A DNA stretch of 64,000 nucleotides from Vicugna vicugna (Eukaryota), in assembly GCA_013265495.1 (NCBI GenBank), contig MU057801.1, positions 1 through 64,000 on the forward strand. Direction: 5' to 3'. Both the position numbers and the translations under genes were made by a program. The notes below the pieces were generated by a model. That model was not told the DNA's origin. It did not search any database and worked only from the letters and a program-made list of their open reading frames with translations. Position 1 is the first letter of the stretch, and each line of letters opens with the position of its first letter. Positions 21,131 through 33,800 of the stretch are shown here, in pieces.

Positions 21131-22249
21131 GCATATATGTTTTGATTTTTCAAAGAAAAAGGGTAGTTTTATCCTGAAGTGGCCGTCCTCGATTTTGGTG
21201 GCCTCCATGTCATTGCTCTCCTGGGACTTGTTCAGGGCCCCACGAGGCTTCTCTGTATGAAGGTTATAATCAAAATCATGCTAGAAAGTAGAACTGAGAG
21301 TTAAAAAAAAAATAGGTGAACCTCATTACCTGCCCCCTCCAGGAAAAAAAAGAAAACCTCAAACAAAAAAAATAAGAATAATTTAAAGGGTCTAGAGTTG
21401 TGGCAAAGATCGCATATAGAAAATGTAACATCATGGAATGTGATGGTAAACATTAAATAGAAACTGCTCGACGGCGACATGTAAACACAAGCTGTTATAT
21501 ATGTGTAACAGCAGGAGGAGTCATGCAGCTCTGGAGGGGACTCACAGCCATGCCCTTGCTTTCCCCTGACCAGCACCGTGACCTTGGAGGTTCCTCTTGC
21601 CAGCCCTGGGCTTCTGCCCCGTGGAACCCTGCCGTCCGCACGGGCAGGGTTTAGAGGCCGTCACGGGTTCCCCTCTTTGCCACAGACAGAAGGCGGAACT
21701 CAGGTTCCTGAACTCAGCGTGCGTGATGCTCTGAAACCGGTTCCAGCATCACTGGCCCCTTCCTGTGCCCCCAGCAGCCAAGCCCTGAAGCAGGAAAGAG
21801 CCTCAGGGCCACTCAGGGGGACGGGTGACGGCCACCACCCAGCACTGGCCGGTACCAACCCTGACCCGTGTTTCCAGAGGCAGTCAGACAGCAATGTGGA
21901 CTGGGCACGTTGTATTTTTCTTGAAGCAGCGTGTGATAAAAGCAATATTTTTGCAAACAGAGAAGCAGCCAGGCCCAGAGGTGGCAGAAGATGGGGAGGA
22001 ATATTTAGTCGGGAGGAGCCACGCCTCCCCCGTCTTGTGCCACCGCGGGGCTTGTGGAGGAGTTGGCAGTGCATCCCTGTCCTAGAGAAAGGGGACAGGA
22101 TGGAGCCCCTGCATCCATTCAGAGCGCTTCCGGGTTCCCGCGATGCGGCAGGCACTGAACCAGCCGGGTACCCACTCCGTGCCTCGTTGAGTCTTCTTGG
22201 CCATCGTCCCGTCTAAGCCATCCTGTTGTCTTGGGAGGAGGAGGATGTA

Positions 22250-22533
22250 GAGTTGGCCCCATGTGCTGGTTCCACACCTGTGGGTTCAACCAACTATGGA
22301 TCAAAAGTATTTTTTAAAAAATTCCAGAAATTTCCAAAAAGCAAAACTTAAATTTGCTGCCTGCTAGCAACTATTTACATAGCATTCACGTTGCGTTTAC
22401 CACCATTTGCATTGTGTTAGGGATTACAGGTCACCTGGAGACGAGCTAAAGTGTACAGGAGGGTGTGTGTAGGTTCTGGGCGGACACACACTGTTCTGTA
22501 AGGGACTCGAGCATGCGTGGGTTTTGGTATCTG
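22250..22533 (+). mobile_element. MER2-like Tigger DNA transposon fossil
   Basis: ggttcaaccaactatggatcaaaa...caactatttacatagcattcac...aagggactcgagcatgcgtgggttttggtatc. Confidence 0.8.
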
Positions 22534-22539
22534 AGTGAC

Positions 22540-23040
22540 TGTCATAGGATTTTATCTTTTAAAGATCACCCTAGTGTCTGTTCCGGAAAGGGTTTCGGTG
22601 GAGCAGGAGTGGCCTGGAGGAGACCAGGTGGGAGAAGTCTGTCATCCTTCAGCGAGTGGCTCTGACTCCAGGGAAGACTTGGAGGCACAATTTAGAGAAA
22701 GACTCAGCAGAGCTAGTGGTGGACTTGGTATCAGGGGTGTGACGAGGAGGCGTCCAGGGTGGCCCTGGGCTTCTTGCATGGACCATGCGGTCAGTGGACG
22801 CACTGCTGGAGGGGATGGTAAACCTGGGAGGAAGAGTCCCAGGTTGTCTGTGAAGTTTGAGGTGCCGGTGAGGCTCAGGCAGAGGCATCAAGGAGGCTGA
22901 CTCAGGGTCTGGGGCTTAGAGGGGAGCTTTGGGCTGCAAATCCATGGTTAGCCTTGTTCAGTACATATAAAGCCAGGGGAGGGTAACATTGCCCGAGGAG
23001 AGGGTCTAGAGATGCTGTCCTGGGATTAACTCATGGAGCA
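22540..23040 (-). mobile_element. L2 LINE fragment
   Basis: ttttaaagatcaccctag...tgaagtttgaggtgcc...ggggagcttttgggctg resembles antisense L2. Confidence 0.55.
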
Positions 23041-23984
23041 GGGTGGTAACGAGTGCAGAATTTTGTTCCTGGATCTGGCGGTCGAATCTGGAGATGTTCG
23101 CAGCTCACGAGTTGGCCGCTGGTTCATTTCTCTCAGCTGCACGTTTTCCAGCAAACAGCCCCCTTGGGAGGTGGGACTCGGGACGTGCACGTCTGGCGCC
23201 CTCCAACACAGGGCTTCTGCGTCTGGTGGAGAAGGGCCTGGGGGCTGAAGACTCCACTTGATTTGGGCAAGAGACGGTGGCTAGAGCCCGGAGGGGTGAC
23301 AGTAGTGGAGTCATCGTGAGAACAGACGGTGCTGGCGCAGCTGCGTGTCACCACTGGACTCCTCACAGCCGTGCACTTCCTAGTAAGTGCTTACACCGGT
23401 CCCGAAGATCGGTCCTCTTGTGACACCCCTTTTGCGTTGGGAAAACTGAGGCTTGGACAGTCACCTGCTCAGGGTCAAGCTAATTAGACCTGGGACAGGG
23501 TTTGGCCCCAGGTGTATCCACGGACCGAGCCAGGAGTCTGAGGACTTTGCCATCATGTGACCCACCGACGTGTAGGTGGGCGTGGGGCTCTGTGCATCCA
23601 GGAGCCCGTCCTCCCCCAGTTGTCTGAGCCCCCAGCTCAGTGCCCGGCACAGCCATAGAGAAATGCCCGGGAAATCTGGGTTTACAATTTCCCTCTGAAA
23701 CAGAAATACGTATACAAATGTTTGTGATGTTTCTCTAGGCATTCACAAGCCTCAGTCCTTTCTGTGCCCTAAAATCTACCAGTAATTTCTTGGCAGTTAA
23801 TTGATGAAATAGGAAAAGGGGTGAAGGAAGGAGATGGAGACTTGAAGGTGCAGGTCTTCCTGCCCCGCCTTTAACTATCTTCTCTTTCATTTGTAAGGCC
23901 GTGTTGCTGGTGGACCACCAAATTCTCCTCTTTAACTAACAGATAGAGAATTTCAACTAAAAAATTAGTTACAGTTTCTTTCCT

Positions 23985-26105
23985 TCTTTTTAAGTGTAAA
24001 ATATAACACATTTTTATCATCTTAACCATTATTAAGGGTCAGGTTCAGTGGCATTAAGTGCATACCTGTTGTCGTGCAGCCATCACCACCGTCCATCCTC
24101 AGAGCTCTTTTCGTCTTTCCAAACTGAAGCGCCCACTCAGCACTAACGCCCCACCCCTTTCCCTGCAGCGGGTGGCAGTCACCATTCCACTTCCTGTCTC
24201 TGAATTTGACTACTCTAGGTCCCTCATATAAGTGGAGTCGTGCAGTATTTGTCTTGTTCGTTGGCTCATTTCACGCAGCAGAAACACTGTATATGTGTAA
24301 GATGAAATACTGGCTTATTGCATGTAGCTTAACATCCTCAGGATTCAGCCATGTTACACACATGTCAGAATGTCCTTCCTTTTTAAGGCTGGATAATACT
24401 CCATTGTATGTAACACCACATTTTGTTTATCCGCTCATTTATCATTGGATACTTGGGCTGCTTCTGCCTTTTGACAGTTGTAAATAATGCTCCTGTGAAC
24501 ACAAGTGTTCCAATATCTCTTTGAAACCTTGTTTTCAGTCTCTAGGGGTGTGTACCTAGAAGTGGAGTTGCCGGATCATATGGTAATGCTATTTTTAATT
24601 TTGTGAGGAACCGCCGTCTCGTTTTCCACGGCAGCTGCACCATTTTGCTTTCCCACCAACAATGCACATGGGTCTCCGTTTCTCTGCGTCCTCACTAACA
24701 CTTGAGACTTAGTGTTTTTTCTGGTTGCCATCCTAACGGGTGTGATAGCATCTCATTGTGGTTCTGATTTGCTTTTCTCTGATGATTAGTTACACGGAGT
24801 ATCTTCTTATTTGTTGGTTGGTCTTCTTTAAAGAAACATTCACACAAGTCTTTTGCCCATTTTTTTGATCTTGTGTTGAGCTGTAGACCTTCTCTATATA
24901 TTCTGAATATTAGTGCTTTATCATGCTTTGCAGATACTTCCTCCCATTCCGTGGTTTGCCTTTTCAGTTGATTGTTGTGTCCTTTCAGACACACATGTTT
25001 TTAATTTTGACATAGTCCAATTTATCTATTTTTTTCTGTTGTCTGTTTTTGGTGCCATACCAAGAAATCATTGCCAGATCTAATGCCTTGAAGCCTTTCT
25101 CCTATATTTCCTTCCAAGAGTTTCATACTTTAGCTTTTCCACTTTGTTCCTTGATCTGTTTTGAGTTAATTTTTGTATATGGAGTAAGTTAAGGGACCAA
25201 TGACATTCTTTTGCCTGTGGGTACCCAGTTTCCCTAGCACCATTTGTTGGAAAGACTGTCCCTTCTTCACTGAATGGTCTAGGCACCCTTATTGAAGACC
25301 ATTTCACCATATATACATGGACTTATTTCTGGGCTCTATTCTATTCCATTGGTCTTTATGTCAGTACCACACTGTTTTGATTACTATAACTTTGTAGTAA
25401 GTTTTGAAATTAGGAAGTGTGAGTCTTCGTTCTTTTTTTTTTTTAAACTCCCAAGATTGTTTTGGCTATTCAGGGTTTCTGGAGATTCTGTGTGAGTTTT
25501 AGGATAGATTTTTCAGTTTTTGCACACACACACACAAAAACACCATTGGTACTTTGTTAGGGATGCAGTAAATCTGTAATCACTTTGGGTAGTAAGGACA
25601 TCTTAACAATAGTAAACTTTCCAATCCATAAATACTGGACGTCTTTCCATTTATTTGTGTCTTCTTTAATTTCTTTCAGCAATGTTTTGTAGTTTTCAGT
25701 GTATGTCTTTTGCTTCCTTGATTAAGTTCATTAAGTATTCTTTTTCATATGATTTTAAATGGAATTGTTTTCTTAATTTCCTTTCTGTATTGTTCATTTT
25801 GAATGTATAGAAACACAACTAGTTTCTGTGTGTTGATTTTGTATCCTACAGCTTTGCTGAATTCTTTTATTCTAATTGTTTGCAGAATCTTTAGGATTTT
25901 GTGACATATAAGATCATACCATCTTTGAACGGAGATAGCCTTTCTTTCCGATTTGGATGTCTTTTCTTTTTCTTGCCCGATTGCGCTGGCGCGGGTGTCC
26001 AGCACTGTGTTGCATAGGAGTGAGAGTGGGCATCGTTGTTTTGTTTCTGATCCTAAAAACCGGAGGGATTGTTTCAAAATTTTCATTTCTCCATCACTAA
26101 TGGTG
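23985..26105 (-). mobile_element. 5'-truncated LINE-1 (L1MB-like 3' end plus ORF2 reaching the RT domain)
   Basis: Antisense L1MB-type 3'UTR. Minus-strand peptides QRCPLSLLCNTVLDTRASAIGQEKE (RT motif QGCPLSP...IRQEKE) and EFSKAVGYKINTQKLVVFLY. Confidence 0.92.
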
Positions 26106-28099
26106 GGGTGTTTGGGGTTTCTCATTTGTCTGTGGAGCCTTTAAAAAGGCTGTGTGCTCAGGGACTGAGGATGCAGGCAGAGGCTGTGGAAATCCTGGGC
26201 AGGCTGGGAAGGGAAGGGTGTGGGTGGGCCAGGGGCTGGGGCTCTGCCAGGGGAGCCACAAGGACCTGGAGAGCCAGTGTGTGGCTGAGCTGTGCCCCCA
26301 GGAGTGGGGTCACACCAGCCACTGGTGGCCCGGTCTGCCGAGCTCGGTCCGTCTAAGCCCAGGAGACCCTTCCCCACCCCCACCCCGCTGGGTCCCTGCT
26401 CCTCCCTGCTCACCTGTTCTGGGGGCGACCCAGCCCTTGGAGCGCCAGCGTGGGGTAGCCCTAGCCTCACCAGGAAAAGGTGGTTTGGAACCTGAGCTCT
26501 GCTTTCTTTTTACATTTTTTCCACAACATAGAAAGTTTAAAATCCCAAGTCCCGTCACCGTAAAACCACACCAGAGGGATTAAACAGGCCTTATAAGTTA
26601 TTGATTAGACCACACCCCCACACACACACCCTCCCACCCCCCTGCCACATGGCCTGGAGGCTCCAGAAAAACATGTGAAACTAAACATTGCACGACCCCG
26701 GGGCCGCCTTTACTCACTGCAGAAACACTGGCCGATAAGTTTCTCTAACTTTCTATTTGTTTCCAGCTGAGAATTAACCTTTTTAATAATAAAGGGCGGG
26801 GTGTTTCCTGTTGATGTGAAATTGTTCGTGGCTCTGGTGCAGTTTTCATTCCACACGAATTCAAAAATACAGTGAAAAAGCAAACAAACAAAGTGCCCAG
26901 AAGGGTGCAAAGCCTTGCTTTGTGGCCCCCTGGGCTCTTACTTTGCTTTTTTTTTTTAGTCAAGTGTCACTCTTAGGAACAAAAATGTAATTGAACATCG
27001 GGAGGCTTAGGAACATCGGGGACCTCTGCCTGCAGTCAGCCCTCGCTACAGTCCGGTCTTCCGGGGCTGCGATTTTTCCTCCAAATCTAGTGAAATTTCT
27101 AGAAAGGCAAGTCATGCTACAGAAGCTGTATCTTCAATGGAAAAAAATTGCTTCTCTGTTTGGGGTTTGGCTGAATATATTTTCATGTGTTTGGGAAGGA
27201 AAAATAAAGTCTCCAGATACAGAAGAGATACTTTTAGAAATGTAAGGGGCGTTGCCCCTGGGCATTTGCAGATTTCTGAATTGTCTGTGCTTCACTGCCG
27301 GGTGTTGTAAACCAGAGGCAGTATCCATGTTCAGACAAGATGCTGAATTAAATTTGCATGAGCGTTTACACAGACAGAGGACTTTGGGTGACAGAAGGCC
27401 CTGACAGCCTGGCACCTAGCTTTGCAGAAGGGGAACTGAGTCCTAGAAAAGTTCAGTTATGCGCCCAAGTTCTTATGCCTCACACACTTCCCATCTGGGG
27501 CCATGCGGCCCATTTATTTAGATATTGCTGGGTGAATAGCAATTAAGTTTGTTTTTTTTTTTTTAATTGAGGTGTAGTCAGTTGACAGTGTTGTGTCACT
27601 TTTAGTTTAGTTTGATTTTAACCTCACTGCATTAGGTGCTTTGTCCTCCCTACCTGGGGAGAAAACAGTCTCACGTGAAGGAAAGACATTCTGAGATCTG
27701 TGATATTGTAAATTGTACTCTTATGACCGAGTTATTTTTAGCCTTTTTTTCTTTTTTTTAGTTTTTGTTTGTCCCAGAGTGTTACCTGCTCTAATTTCAC
27801 ACTGATCATTTTCTAATTTTTTCAAATTAAGCAAGTAAAAATTTAAGTTAAAAAACCAGCAGAGAACAAAGCAGCACCGTTCTCGCTCTGGGTTCTCCCG
27901 GCGTCCCAGAGGGCGGCGCTGTACGGAGGAGGCCGCGCGGAGCGGGGGCCCGGGGGGCCGGGGGCCTTCGCTGACGGCTGTCTCCTTGTGGGTTTGCCCA
28001 GGCGTGGTTATGCTTTATGAAAAAAAGTGTCGAATTAAGTTGAGTCGAGCTCTTTTGATGAGAATAAAATAAAAATTCTGTAACTAAAAGAAAAATGGT

Positions 28100-28420
28100 T
28101 CCCACTGTGCTGGGAGCTTTACCCACTTTATCGCATTCAGGGGCCCCACACAGCTTTTTGTTTTTAATAGTGAAAGTTTTCTTTTATTATTATTTTTTAT
28201 TTAATGGAGGTGCTGGGGATTGAACCCAGGACCTCGTGCATGCTGAGCACGCGCTCTACCACGGAGCTGTACCCGCTGCTCACACACACAGTTCTGTGAA
28301 TTGAGCCTCGATCCCGTTTGACAGCTGGGTAAACACGGGCTCTGAGAAGTTAAGTGAACTTGTCCCAGTCACAGAGCCCTCAGAGGGGCCAGACCCAAGG
28401 TGTGAAACCAGGAGCGGGCT
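28100..28420. mobile_element. MIR SINE split by a younger SINE
   Basis: MIR core (ggctctgagaagttaagtgaacttgtcccagtcacag) and its flank lie on either side of the tRNA-Ala SINE; cacacag(c/t)t is repeated at both junctions (possible TSD). Confidence 0.6.
28156..28277 (-). mobile_element. tRNA-Ala-derived camelid SINE (vic-1-like)
   Basis: Reverse complement gcgggtacagctccgtggtagagcgcgtgctcagcatgcacgaggtcctgggttcaatccccagcacctcca plus an A-rich tail. Confidence 0.9.
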
Positions 28421-30734
28421 TTCCGTAGTGCGTCCGACACAGGCCCGGGGCCCCAGCTGCGAGTCTTAGCTCGGGGCACATGCTGGGTCCCCGTGGGAAC
28501 CAGGCGACGAGGGCTTACCTGACCACGGTGCTCGGGCCACACCGTAGCTGTGGGACATTTGAAGGAAAGGCATCTACTCAGAGAGCTGGGGAAGTTCGGG
28601 GGTTTCAGGGCCCCTGGGGTGCAGGGAAGGAAACTGAGGCCCAGAGAAGCCACGGAGCTGCCTCCTTAGTGTCTGGGATTGTGTCCCGGGTTCCCCAACA
28701 TTCCCCCGACTCCAGGGACTCCCATCTCTTTTCCCTCGTGCCCAGCAGTGAGCCTGGCTCTTGAACTGGGGAGCCTGCAAAGAGGAGGACTGGAGTCGGG
28801 AACATATTCAGTTAAAAGGTACAAATATCCAAAAGAAAATTAAAAGTAACTCAAAAGAAAATAGGGCCGTGCAGCTGACCCCCGTGAGGGCGTGAATGTC
28901 TCAGAGGATCCAGCCGCAGGGGTCACCACAGGGTGGCAGAAGGGGACCAGGTGATGTTCTTTGCAATTCTGGGTCAGGCGGGGGGGGGGCACTGCGGCGA
29001 GGGTGAGGAGGGTGTCTGACTTCTGCTCAGGTCTCACTAAATCCCGCCTGTTCTGCGACCCAGCGGTGCACCTCGTGTGTCAGGGTGAGAGCAGGCATTC
29101 AAAGCCCCGGTGAAGGTCACCCTCACAACGATGACAACAGTAGCAAGAGCCAGTCCTCGTCAGGTGCCACCCTGGCCGCAGGCTCGCAGCCAAGGGCTCT
29201 CCTGCGACGTCGCTGACGCCTAGCTGCCAAGTGGGAGGAAGGTGATGGGTCAGCACAACCAGGCACTGAGGACCTGTAAGGAGACTTGCGGTTTGTCTTT
29301 TCAGAGACTCGCTGCTGAGCGCAGCCTTTCCCCCCCAGTACCCCTCAACACCGAGGGCGGGAGGGGTGGGCGGGCGGAGCGGGCAGTTCACGGGGCAGCG
29401 TCTCCGGGCCGGGCGCTGGGCTGGCCCTGCCGACAGGTGCGTCTCGTTTCACTCCCCGCCCACCAGAGCTGTTCCTGCCCCCGGTCCTTGGGTCGGTAGG
29501 ACTGGACTTGAGGCGGGTGTCACTGACTCGGGATCCCAAGATGTGGCAGCCGGGATTTCAATAAGAAATGTGACCCCAAATTCCGGACCCATGTTGCCTC
29601 CCAGGATGAAAAACAGATTCGTTTTGGCCACTCTTGTCAAAGGGTAGCCAAGCTGAGAGCCTCAGATACGTCAGTGTCCCCGGATCCAAACGTTAGACAC
29701 ACGAGTACTTCACGTACCTGAGCACTTGAAAATTTTCTAAAACAAAACCCTTGCTGCTGAGACAGCCTGGCCAGGCCGGGCTTCTAAGAGCGCCACCGCG
29801 CTTGCTCACAGGACTCACGTTGGCGCAGCTGATGTGGTTTTGACTGGTAGCAGCATATTTTGCGCTTTTAGGGAGAGAAGCCGGCCCAAGCCCAGCAAAA
29901 CCAGACCAGTTCCGGAAGTCAGAGCGTTTGCCCGAAGAAGCACTTCTGTGGTTTCTGTGATGTGGCTGAGTCATCTTCCTCCCTGGGCGAACCTCATTAA
30001 TAGAAGGTAGCTCTCATTTCTGATTGTACAGGTGATACCTACGCAGACACCATTGGAACAGTTCAGAAAAATTCCAAGATGAAAATACAAACACCAAAAG
30101 CTCATCGACTGAATTTTTGGGCCGGAGTGTAATGGGATTCAGAGCATGAGTCAGTGATGGAGAAGGTATTTCTTGAGAAACTTGATCACAAAGGGAGCTG
30201 TGTAGCTTTGAGGCTGCACAGGACCGGAGTCCTGCTCTGAAGCATTATAATGAGCATTGTAATGGCATGGAGGCACTTGTGACCCGGGGCTGTTAGCGGA
30301 GACGGCTCCCCGTGGTGGTTGTGAATTTATGGGTTTTGAAGAAGCAAGGGCCTCCTTGCAAGTCCCCCCCCACCCCCTCCTGGAGAGATGGTGTTTCATT
30401 CCCTGCTGAGAAGTTGCGTGCCCTGCCCTCCTCTGAAGCCGGGCTGTCGTGAGTCTCAGAGCAGATGCAGTGTGGATGGGGGTCTCCCCGTGAGGCCCTG
30501 GTGAGCCAGTGCCCTGGGTGAAGTGTGCGGTCCTCCGGGACACGGCTGAGGCTGAGGCAGCGGGCTGGCCGGAGGGGCAGTGCAGGGCACTGGACAGGAG
30601 CCACGTGCCTCCGCTGGCGGGCTGTGCATTTCCAGGCAAGTGAATTACACCTCCCTGAGCCTCAGGTTCATCAGACGCGAAGTGGGAATAAAAGTGGCCC
30701 CTGCCACAGAGAGTATGAAGCAGAGTAATGTTGT

Positions 30735-30846
30735 GGGGGAGGGAGTGGGTAACAGCTTACTGGTAGAGCGTGTGCTTAGCATGCACGAGCTCCTGTGCTC
30801 AATCTCCAGTGCCTCCATCGCTCAATCGAATAAAATAGAAAAAAAA
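30735..30846 (+). mobile_element. tRNA-Ala-derived camelid SINE (vic-1-like)
   Basis: ggtagagcgtgtgcttagcatgcacgagctcctgtgctcaatctccagtgcctcca plus an A tail. Confidence 0.85.
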
Positions 30847-33800
30847 TCAGAGTTAGGCAGTACTGAGGTTTGACAGGCACGTGATCCGTTCCGGTGATTT
30901 TCCTGTGCAGTGAGGGCGGTGGCTGGGGGCCCAGGTGGGGCCGGGCCCGGTGCGTTTCCCCGCAGGCGTTGGAGTAGCCGTAGGTGGAAGGAGGGTCGCG
31001 GCCTGGCCCGGTGGCTGCAATTGTTCAGAGCGTCCAGCAGAGAACCCCCAGCTTCCAGGGCTTAGCACACTGAGGGTTCTGTCCGGCCAGGGCCGGTCGG
31101 ATGGCTCCTCTGCAGGTGGTCCCTCAGGGACCCCGGCTTTCCTTCCTGTAGCTTGTCCCCTGTAACACCCAGTTACAAGGTCATTGCAGGAGGGGAGACG
31201 ACTCGGCTGGTTTTAAGTGCCCCGTCTGAGAGGGACATCCATCACTTCCGCCCGTACTTAGCTGGACGGGCCCCGATCACGTGGACGCCCCAGGTGCAAG
31301 GACGTCCGAGAAGCAGAGGGCAGCTGCGGCCTCTGCCCGGGGCTGTGTGCTGTGCGCAGTGACGTGGAGCCACCTGCTTGTCATACTCTCAGGAGTGGTA
31401 ACAGAGCGAGAGAGAGCACTGACAGGGCACCGAACAGGGGACTTTCTGCAGGTGGGGCAGCGTGTGTCCTGGCTTTGGGGATCTGCTCAGAAAAGCAGCA
31501 GTGCCACCGCACCTGGAAGTCAGCCATCCCCAAACCCTCCCCTGCGCTCCACCCAGGGGCAGATGACTCCAGAGGAGGCGGTATGCTGTTTGGTTTTGGT
31601 TTTTCCCAGAAAAGGTATTTCCAGGTGCTTACCCGCGGTCAGTCCTCCTCACCTTGGCTGTGCCTGTAACGTCACTTACGGCGTGGGCGCAAAGCCCTCA
31701 GCAAACTGTGCGCTGAAGTTTGCTGGTCATCAAAGTTCCTGTGATGCTGCTCTCAGAGCATCACAGGGAGGTCACGTTTCTCCCGATCGGCTGCTTACAA
31801 AGGCAGAGCGATTTAGAACACATTTTAAATGAAGCCCTACTTTAAAACCCTGTCTAATTCTTTGAAGTTTTCATGCCTGAGTGGTTAGGCTGTCCTTACC
31901 TGGGCTCTGCATGTGACCGACCCATAGATCCCCATCAGACAAAGTAGATGTTTGCAGGAGAATTGCCATAAAACAGTCAGTCACTAGACTGGCCTGTCTC
32001 CTCACAAACCTCCTTGAGTGAAGATTCCATATGGAGCCTGCCTGTTCCTGGCCGTGTGCCCAGCCCCTCACTCAATGCCAGCCATGAAATGTGTGTTCAA
32101 AAATGTGGATTATTGGAAAATAATGAAATTTTAAAAGTAACTGTTGATGCGATTAACTGATCTCTCCAAGAATTCAACAAAGCAGTGATTCTGCCTGTAA
32201 GTGTTCATTTTTCCCTCCTGCACTCTAACTGCCTCCCTTGCTCGCAGGAGGACATAAGCTGTGTGGCCTCGCCTAAAACGTGACTCTGATGGGTTGTCCT
32301 TGTCTGGGTCAATAAAGGAGGCCCTCCCACGTGCACAGGCATGTTCATCTCCAGGCCGCTCAGTGAGTATTTCGTGGGCTCCACTGCACACCAGGTGCTG
32401 GGATGGCACCCCCCCCCCCGTAAGGAGGTGGGTGGGGGTGGAAGGCCCGCTAGCTTTGTGGCGGAGCGAGGGGTTGGTGGGGCTGCCTTCAGCCATTTCC
32501 ACCTCTCCACGGTCGACAGCATCTTCCACACGCGACCTCACCCAAGAACTCGCAGCGGAGAGGATGCTGGGGTCCAGGGTTTGGTTTTCCCGAGCCCTCA
32601 CCATGGCAGCGGGAGGGGCTCTGCAGAATCCGCCTCCAGCTCCTGCTACAGCTCTTCTGTCCCCATCCCAGCAGGAAGCAACAAATATTTCCGCTGCAGT
32701 AGAGCGGTGCCTGGGAGCGCCTTCGTGGTGAACAGGGTGTGCGTTAACGTGGCTTTCTCAGATTAAATTCCTCCTTGTCCATCCCTTCCACGAGTACTGA
32801 CAGAGAAGAATATTTACCGTGTCTACAGGCCTGGGTCATAGATGCCGGGGGTCCTCCTCACCACCGCCCCTTTAAATACTCAGCCCTGTCACACCAGTGG
32901 TCCTGGGAAGGGAGAAAACCCCCTACTGTGCCCGGCCCCCTCCCATCAGGACCTTCTCAGGAGCCTCCCTGGACCTGTGGGTGTGACATCCACGACCCCT
33001 CCCCTTCTCGCCCTGTTTGGGGCGGTCTTCCTGGCTCAGACCTGGGGGAAAGCTGTCCAGGTGGAGGCTCCAGAAGACTGGAGAGGAGGCCCCGGGGGGG
33101 CTGTCTCAGTCTGGGTTCCCCCAGGAGCAGGCATTGAGCAAAGTGTAAGTAATTCAACCAGGGACAGCGGTGGGCGGGGGGCAGGGGTGGGGGTGACCCC
33201 AGGAAACAGCAGTAGGGGAGGGGGAGGGAGGCAGCTGACCGGCCCAGGCTGAGTTATCAGTCACACCAGCCTGTGGACAAGGTCAGTGCAAGCCTGACTG
33301 CATCATCCTGCCCTCAGGGGGAGAGCGAAGGGGCCTGGATTCCAGAGGTCTTGGGGTGGGCAGGGGGCTAACTCCCAGCGCTCAGTCGGGCTCTGCTCCT
33401 GGCAGGGGCCGGCTCCCACGGCCAGAGAAATCCGCCGGCGGGCCGACGCAGACAGCATCTCCTGCAGGGTGCGAGCCAGCAGGGCCGGCACCTCTGCCCA
33501 ACCCAGCGGATTATCTGCATTAAGGCGGAAACTTGAAAATCCCAGGGCAGCTGGGGACGCCGCTCTGGCTTTTCCCCGGGTCCTGCCCCCGGGGGTCTCA
33601 CTCAGGCTGGCAGTGCAGGGGGCCGGTTGGGCTGTGCTGGTGACGGCCGACGGTGTTGGCGACTTCTGGCTTCCGGTATGCTTGAGTCACCGGAAGGTAT
33701 TTTAAACAATTGGCTGTGTGTGTGCGTGAGTGCATGTTAGTGATCACAAAGGCTTCCTTGTTGAGAAAGTTATATATACTGCTGCACTTGAACTGTGGAA

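Noticed and set aside
28205..28277. Apparent tRNA-Ala(AGC) gene, also at ~21035, ~30745 and ~44477
   Set aside because: Acceptor and D-arm pairing are broken, the copies carry A-rich SINE tails, and they are dispersed and diverged. These are tRNA-derived SINEs, not tRNA genes.
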